Assembly (NCBI RefSeq): GCF_000315625.1
Contig: NW_005434533.1
Coordinates: forward strand, 98,044-162,043
Reading direction: 5' to 3'
Length of the DNA: 64,000 nucleotides
Origin: Guillardia theta CCMP2712
Lineage: Eukaryota > Protista > Cryptophyta
Made by a program: the position numbers and the translations under genes. Position 1 is the stretch's first letter. The number at the start of each line of letters is the position of its first letter. The notes under the pieces are model-generated. The model was not told the origin of the DNA. It ran no database searches and saw nothing but the letters and a program-made list of their open reading frames with translations. This document shows positions 58,102 to 64,000 of this stretch, in pieces.

Positions 58102-59579
58102 CTAAGAACCTCTGCGAGTTACAGTCCATTTCCCATCCTGTTTCGGGCTGGCCCTCTCCGTATTCCTGGAGTCCTCTCGGGGTCTTCCACCGCCTCCTCC
58201 TCTGCCGCCCCCCCGTCTATTCCTGCATGGGCTCGTCAGGGTTTCTTCAAGACCGACTTGCTAACAACACTTCACCTGTTCGCTGCGAACTTATCTTCGC
58301 TGATGCTGACGGAAATCTCTCTGCCGTCCAGAGGCATACCGTTCAAGTTGCTCACTGCATCCTTGGCGCTCTGCAAAGAGCCTTGTCAACAACTTCAAGG
58401 TGCAGGAGTCAAGAGACAGACCTGTTCATTGTCGTAGTCAACGAACCCGAAGCCCTGCAGACGGCCCCGATCAGCACAGGACAAACTAGCGATGCAACTC
58501 AGAGTACCCTCGGCCTCCCTGACTCCTGATCGTGAATTAACGACACTGAGACAACCTCGCCATGCTTCTCAAAGAGCGCTCTGCCCACAAACGGTCAAAC
58601 CAAGAATCATCGCTTGAAGCAGCAAGCGGAGAAAAACGAGCAAAAGAGCAAGCACTTGGTGCAAACAGACATCTGAATCCTCGCATGCATATCTTACTGG
58701 AGCTCGGCCTCGGAAATCCTGAAAGGCAAGTTTCCGACGAAAAGCGTGAAAGCTCCCTTGCGATCGTGCCTGAACTTCTTCTCACCTCCTTGAGAGTTGG
58801 CCTGATCTTGCTTCTGCCAGTTGGACACGGGGAACGCTCTGAAGGTTGACCCCGCCGGCGCCTCCGCAAGGCGCGCTGCTGATTGAAACCACTTGTTGTT
58901 GCATACACTGCATTGCACCTTCTGCCCATCCGACCCGAGGTCCGCCGGATTGATGACATAAACTGCACCACACTTCCCACATGTTGTGTATTTACAGTCA
59001 AAGGGAACTTTTCCACTTTGGCTCTCTACCCAAGTGAAGTCCACGGTGGCGAATTCGTCATACGGATCTTCGATGGACTGCTCCGAGTCGTAGCTCACCG
59101 CCTTCATCTTTAGGAGCCCACTGTTCCTTTCTTGTCGCAAGGACTTCTGCATTGTCAAAAGGTTCAAACCCCGAGAGCCCCCCATCGCATTGATTGAGGT
59201 TGCAAACGTGCCACTGGGAATAGGCTGGCTACAAACCCTGCAAATCAATTTCAGAGATTTGAATCACAAGGAGAGACAGTATCAGAATTGAAGCTGATAG
59301 TGGGCAATCACAACAAAAGTATATAGATGATAGAGAACAAGAAGAGAAGTGCACTTTGAGTTGAGATCCCTCCTTGCAAGCAGTGTGTAAACAAAACTTG
59401 AACGGCCGGAGGCCATACCTTGCAGTAGCCGACGAAATCCCCTTTGACAGAAGCACATTGCTCTGTCCTTGGAAGGCTGTCGCTTCATAGCCCATGAAAG
59501 TGAGGAGGAGGAGGGAAGGAACTGTACCTACTCTCCTTCCCCTGCTACCCCATCCGCCAGTTACCAGCTGCGCGTGCAT
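58102..59579 (-). CDS. Plastid-targeted zinc-ribbon (MJ0042-type) + RRM + RGG RNA-binding protein, multi-exon
   Basis: Leader ending ATA-F, then CGKCGAVYVI...VQCSVCNNKW, RNP2 LFVGNL, RNP1 QGFGFVDY and a C-terminal RRGGGRGGG. Confidence 0.85.
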
Positions 59580-59920
59580 GGCGGCCCCAGTCCTTAGGAG
59601 AGGCGGTGTGTAGGGGGGTATTACCCTACCCCCCGTTTACCCAGAGACTGGATCGAGAATCGGGGGGTATCATGTGCTTGTCTCGGGGGTCAATCCTTTA
59701 CAACGTTTTATAAAAATGCCTTAGTATTTGCAAAACTATTTATAGGAAACTGATACAGTATTTTGAAATGTGTACCAGAAAATAAACTAAAAAAAAATGC
59801 AAAAGCACATATAAATGACTGAAAGATGGGTACGAGTTGTTTGTTGATTAGTACTGATAAACAATCAAAATAGTTTTTAATTTCATACACGGTAATTAAA
59901 AATGTTTTTTACTATTAAAA

Positions 59921-59964
59921 AACGCTCGTAACGGATACCAACGAACGCAGAACGACCGTAACGG
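59921..59964. promoter_or_regulatory. Phased AACG (Myb-core-like) array upstream of the Myb gene
   Basis: AACG at 59921, 59930, 59940, 59944, 59951 and 59960; two are TAACGG. Confidence 0.45.
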
Positions 59965-60615
59965 TGGAACAATATGGCGCAGAAGGGAGCGGGGAGGGGG
60001 GAAGGTAGAGGCGATATGGTGCCGGGACGAGCAACCCGCATGTTGTTCATGCTCAGATGCTTTCTCATCATGCCAAGTCAAGTCGTTGAGAGATAGCTCC
60101 TCTTGTTGCCCTCGTCTACCTGTCCTCCTCGGATTTTGTAACCCCGGCAGGTCGGCAGTCGGACTAGTTGCTATGGACTTGTTATTGTTGCTCAGATAAC
60201 TTTATCCTTCGCTCCTGTGCATTCCATATGTCTGCTATCCTCATATACCCATTCTGTTTTGTTCCATGTAAGCAGTTTCGTGATGATGTCTGATGCACAC
60301 TAGGAATATCTGAATCTTCACTCAATCCCAAAAGAAGTTCCTGTTTATTCGCATCAATTTTTCGAACATTTGTTCTCTGTGTTCCCATACTTGTCTCCTT
60401 TTATTTTTCATCCAACGATGATCTTTCATTGAAGGTACAGAAAAGTCGTGTTCAGCTTGCAGTTTCATTGATTGTCCCAGAGTTGTCATGCCATTTTCTT
60501 GCACATCGAAACATTTTTCTCTCTTACCTCTTTTCGATTCAAAGAGTTGCCCTGACATCTGCTGTTGTTCGTCAGATGTTCTGATACCATCAAATCGACC
60601 GCAAACAGGCAGACG

Positions 60616-62760
60616 ATGGGTGACTCCGACGACGATGGGCTTGATGACTCAGTGGATTTGGCTCGCAAGCCGTGGACCAAAGAGGTGCTGTCACTTGATC
60701 TCTCTCATGCTCCTGCTAGCGCCCTTGTCTCTGTGTGATCCGCGATAGCGTGAAGGTTCTTTCTTGCAGCTGATCAGCGCTTTGAACAGGAGGACGAGCT
60801 AATCTTGAAGCTTGTTGCCACACACGGGACCAGGAAATGGTCCGTTATATCCTCCCAGCTTACTGGAAGAAGTGGAAAGCAGTGCAGGGAGAGGTAACCT
60901 GGAAGATGCGCATCTACCAAGAGCTCATGGCGTTTGGAATGATCTTCAGGTTCAAGAATCAGCTCGACCCCTCTATCAAGAAGGAGCCATGGTCTGCAGA
61001 AGAAGACTACGCAATCATACAAGCTCAAGCAGAGCTGGGCAATCGCTGGACAGAAATCGCAAAACGTCTTCCTGGAAGGTGCTGATTACAAGATGCGGGA
61101 AACAAGGGCTAACGTCATTCAGGACGGACAATTCCATCAAGAATCATTGGAACTCCACCTTGTCGCGAAAGAAAGATCAGATCCTGGCTGAGAGAGAGAA
61201 GCTGGGGTTGGGCTCCAAGGCATATGGAAATGCGGATGGAAACAAAATGTACGGGCAGGGAGACGGGGACGCGAGTAAGAGCTGGATGAATGAGCAGAAG
61301 TGAGTGCGAGATACAGACCAGGCGGAATAAACTGAGCCTGTCCTTCAGATCTGGTGCTGTACCTTTCGTAGAGGACGTCGAGGGCCTGGATACTCCCGAG
61401 TCACCTACGGATCACTGTCGGCATCATGGATTGTTGACGAAGTTGATATCTAAGAATCCAGTATGTCTTTGCCTTGTCTTGTGTCTGCACCTCAGATGAT
61501 TCTGTTGCTCAGGAAATGTCAAAGACCGTTGACCTTCTGCGCCAACTCAAAGAAGGTGGGAAAGGTGCCGGTCAGACACATTTAAACCCTCAGGTCAATG
61601 CGAATCAGATCATGATGCCCTGGGGGAACTTTGGAGGGTTCACTCCGCACGGAGGATTCTCAACTGGCATGACGCCAACCCATGCCAGCTTTGCTCAAGG
61701 AACCGGTTTCACGCCAAGCCATAGCGGCTTCACTCCCAGTAACAGTGGCTTCACCCCAAGTAACGGCGGCTTCACGCCTAGCAACGCACCCTTTGCAGTC
61801 TCTGGCTTGACTCCAAGCAACTCCACCTTCACCCCCAGCAACGCAGGCTTCGGGGGAGGAAGCATGGGTTTCACGCCAAACAACGCGGGCTTTGCAGGAA
61901 GTGGTTTTACGCCGAGCAACGCAGGCTTTGGTGGAGGAGGCTTCACTCCCAACAACGCTGGCTTTGGTGGAGGAGGCTTCACTCCCAACAACGCTGGCTT
62001 CGGGGGAGGGGGAGGAAACACAGGCTTCACTCCCAACAACGCTGGCTTCGGGGGAGGGGGAGGCAACACAGGCTTCACTCCCAACAACGCTGGCTTCGGG
62101 GGAGGGGGAGGGGGAGGGGGAGGCTCCGGCTTCACTCCAAGCAATGCTGCTGGCTTCGGGCAGAGCTCGTCGATGAATTTCTCGTCCTCCTCAAACTTTC
62201 AACAGGGTCAAACATGGACAGGCCAAAACAACGGAGGAGTGACGCCTTCAAACGCGTCAGGGTTGGGAGGCAACTTCTTCCAGCCGAACCCTAGCGGCCT
62301 CACCCCCAGCAATGCCAGCCTGGCCGCCAACATGCTCAACACGCCCACCTACGGCTTTATGTTCTCTCCTCACGGCCAGTACAATTCGTCGGGGCAGTTC
62401 ACTTCCGCGAACCAGCTTGCTCCTGCATCCCAGCAGTCGGTCGGAGAGTTCAACATGCCCGTGATGTCTCCTTCTTCGCGCTTCCACGGCATCTCCCCCA
62501 AGGGAGGATCCTTTCCCGGCCTCTCCGGAGGCGTCTGGACTCCTTCAGCTGCACTCCCGCCTGGCCATCTGCTCACCCCCAGCAACGGGCTCAGTGGGCC
62601 TCTCATGCAGACCCCCGGGGCTCATGCTGGAACCTCTCAGGGCAATGACGGGGTGGGCGCACAGAACGGTCAGGCACAGGGCTCGGAGCAGCCTCCATCT
62701 CACCCGGCCTCGAGTGGGATCCAGCAGCAGCAGCAGCATCATCATCAGCAGCAGCAGCAG

Positions 62761-62792
<32 letters not shown>

Positions 62793-63459
62793 TCAGCAGC
62801 AGGGAGGCTTCCCGATCCATAGCACCCACCTGCCTTCCCAGCACACCATGCAGCCTTCGAGTCAGCAGCAGCAGCAGCAGCAGCAGCACATGGCTTCTCA
62901 GCTATCTCAGCAGCCCTTCATGCAATCGCCCTATCAGAACTCCCAGCAGCACCTCCAAGGCGACGTCGGCCTGCCCGGGATCTTCTCAACACCTCAGCAG
63001 CAGCCCAACACTCCCTCCTTTGGCATCGGAACCCCGTCCCTCCTCGCCCTCCAGTCCGCCCGAGGTGGCCCCAACTTCTCTCCCTCCAACTTCTTTCAGA
63101 TGCAGACGCCGCACAGCCCCTCGTTCGCCGCCGGTGTCCCGCTGCTGGGACCGCACAGCGTCTTCTCCCCCTCCGCAGCCCCGCACTTCCTCGGGGACAA
63201 GTCCTACCTGGGCTCGGGCTCGAACACAAGGCCGTTCAAGATGGAAGGGGGGGATGGCGGAGAGACGTCGATGGGACAAGGAGGAGGGCAGGAGGCTCCG
63301 GGTTCGCAAGGGGAAGGGAGCATGCAGGATAACGGTGCCTCTGAGGACGGGGAGGCTTCAGGGATCGCGGGGAGGAGGAGGAGATCGATACACGAGAGCG
63401 GGAGCAACAAGAAAAGGCCTCCGCCATTGTCGCTGTCCGTCCCTGGGAATTCGTCTTGA
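60616..63459 (+). CDS. Two-repeat (R2R3-type) Myb transcription factor with long low-complexity tail, multi-exon
   Basis: [80 protein letters not shown]. Confidence 0.95.
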
Positions 63460-64000
63460 TCGAAACTTTTTGTGTCAAAATTTTCAAAACTTTCAAAAAT
63501 TTGTTTTTTTATCCGTGACAACTAAATAAGGACAGAAGCAAAGGACAGTTGAAACATCAACAAACGACGGAGTCCTCCTCCTTCTCCTCCTCCTCCTCCT
63601 CCTCCTCCTCCTCCTCCTCCTCCTCGTGAGCTTGTTATCACAACTCAGATTGCTCATTTCCTCCTTGTCCTCCTCTCCTCCTTCCCTCGACTGCGCCTAC
63701 CCCCTCGTCTCTCCTCCTTCATCTGCAGCTTTCCTCTCCACCGCATTCACCATCCTCGGTCTCCTCCAGGCTTCAGGAGGCCCAACAGCACCGTGCTCGC
63801 AGGGGTCTCCCAGCTGCTCCTGAATGTCATTCTCGAGCAGCAGAATTGAGATGCAAGAGGAAGACAGTAGCAGGAACGGAAGCAGAGGCAGAGGAGAGGA
63901 GGAGGAGGAGGAGGAGGAGGAGGAGGAGGAGGAGGAGGAGGGAGTGGGTAAGGTACCATGAGGACAAGGAGGAGGACAAGGATGAGGAGTGGAGGCTGGG

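Noticed and set aside
61930-62150. CRISPR-like regularly spaced repeat GGCTTCACTCCCAACAACGCTGGCTT
   Set aside because: It is an in-frame coding repeat in a eukaryotic Myb gene, with near-identical spacers and no cas genes.

Overview
This is a gene-dense eukaryotic nuclear window with one 100-N assembly gap. It is most likely cryptophyte and Guillardia theta-like. That is an inference from the many ~45-75 nt introns, the bipartite signal-peptide+Phe plastid leaders, the microsatellite-filled introns and a cryptophyte-type HTH/AT-hook protein. About 24 protein-coding genes can be modelled by eye: a MORN-repeat protein, plastid ClpR-like subunit, sigma-like GST, aquaporin, S28 serine carboxypeptidase, DUF4864-like protein, degenerate PhoX-like secreted protein, Hrq1 helicase, myosin, DHH-like protein, membrane-anchored PDI, FAD oxidoreductase, SF3B5, SHIPPO/ODF3-repeat protein, HTH+AT-hook protein, Zn-ribbon+RRM protein, two-repeat Myb and several hypotheticals. 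The least explained signal is non-coding. There is a ~700 bp foldback with a T-shaped double-hairpin apex, a 60 bp inverted repeat with one arm flanked by a 12 bp direct repeat, and recurrent palindrome-dense CCGG islands. Promoter regions are also built from single-motif arrays, two of which have ~10 bp helical phasing. Coding oddities include a probable GA-AG intron, a GC-donor/stop-codon switch in PDI, two pseudo-enzymes, and a Myb with a TP-repeat tail plus a MAPK-docking-like motif. Gene boundaries were derived by hand and no database searches were run.
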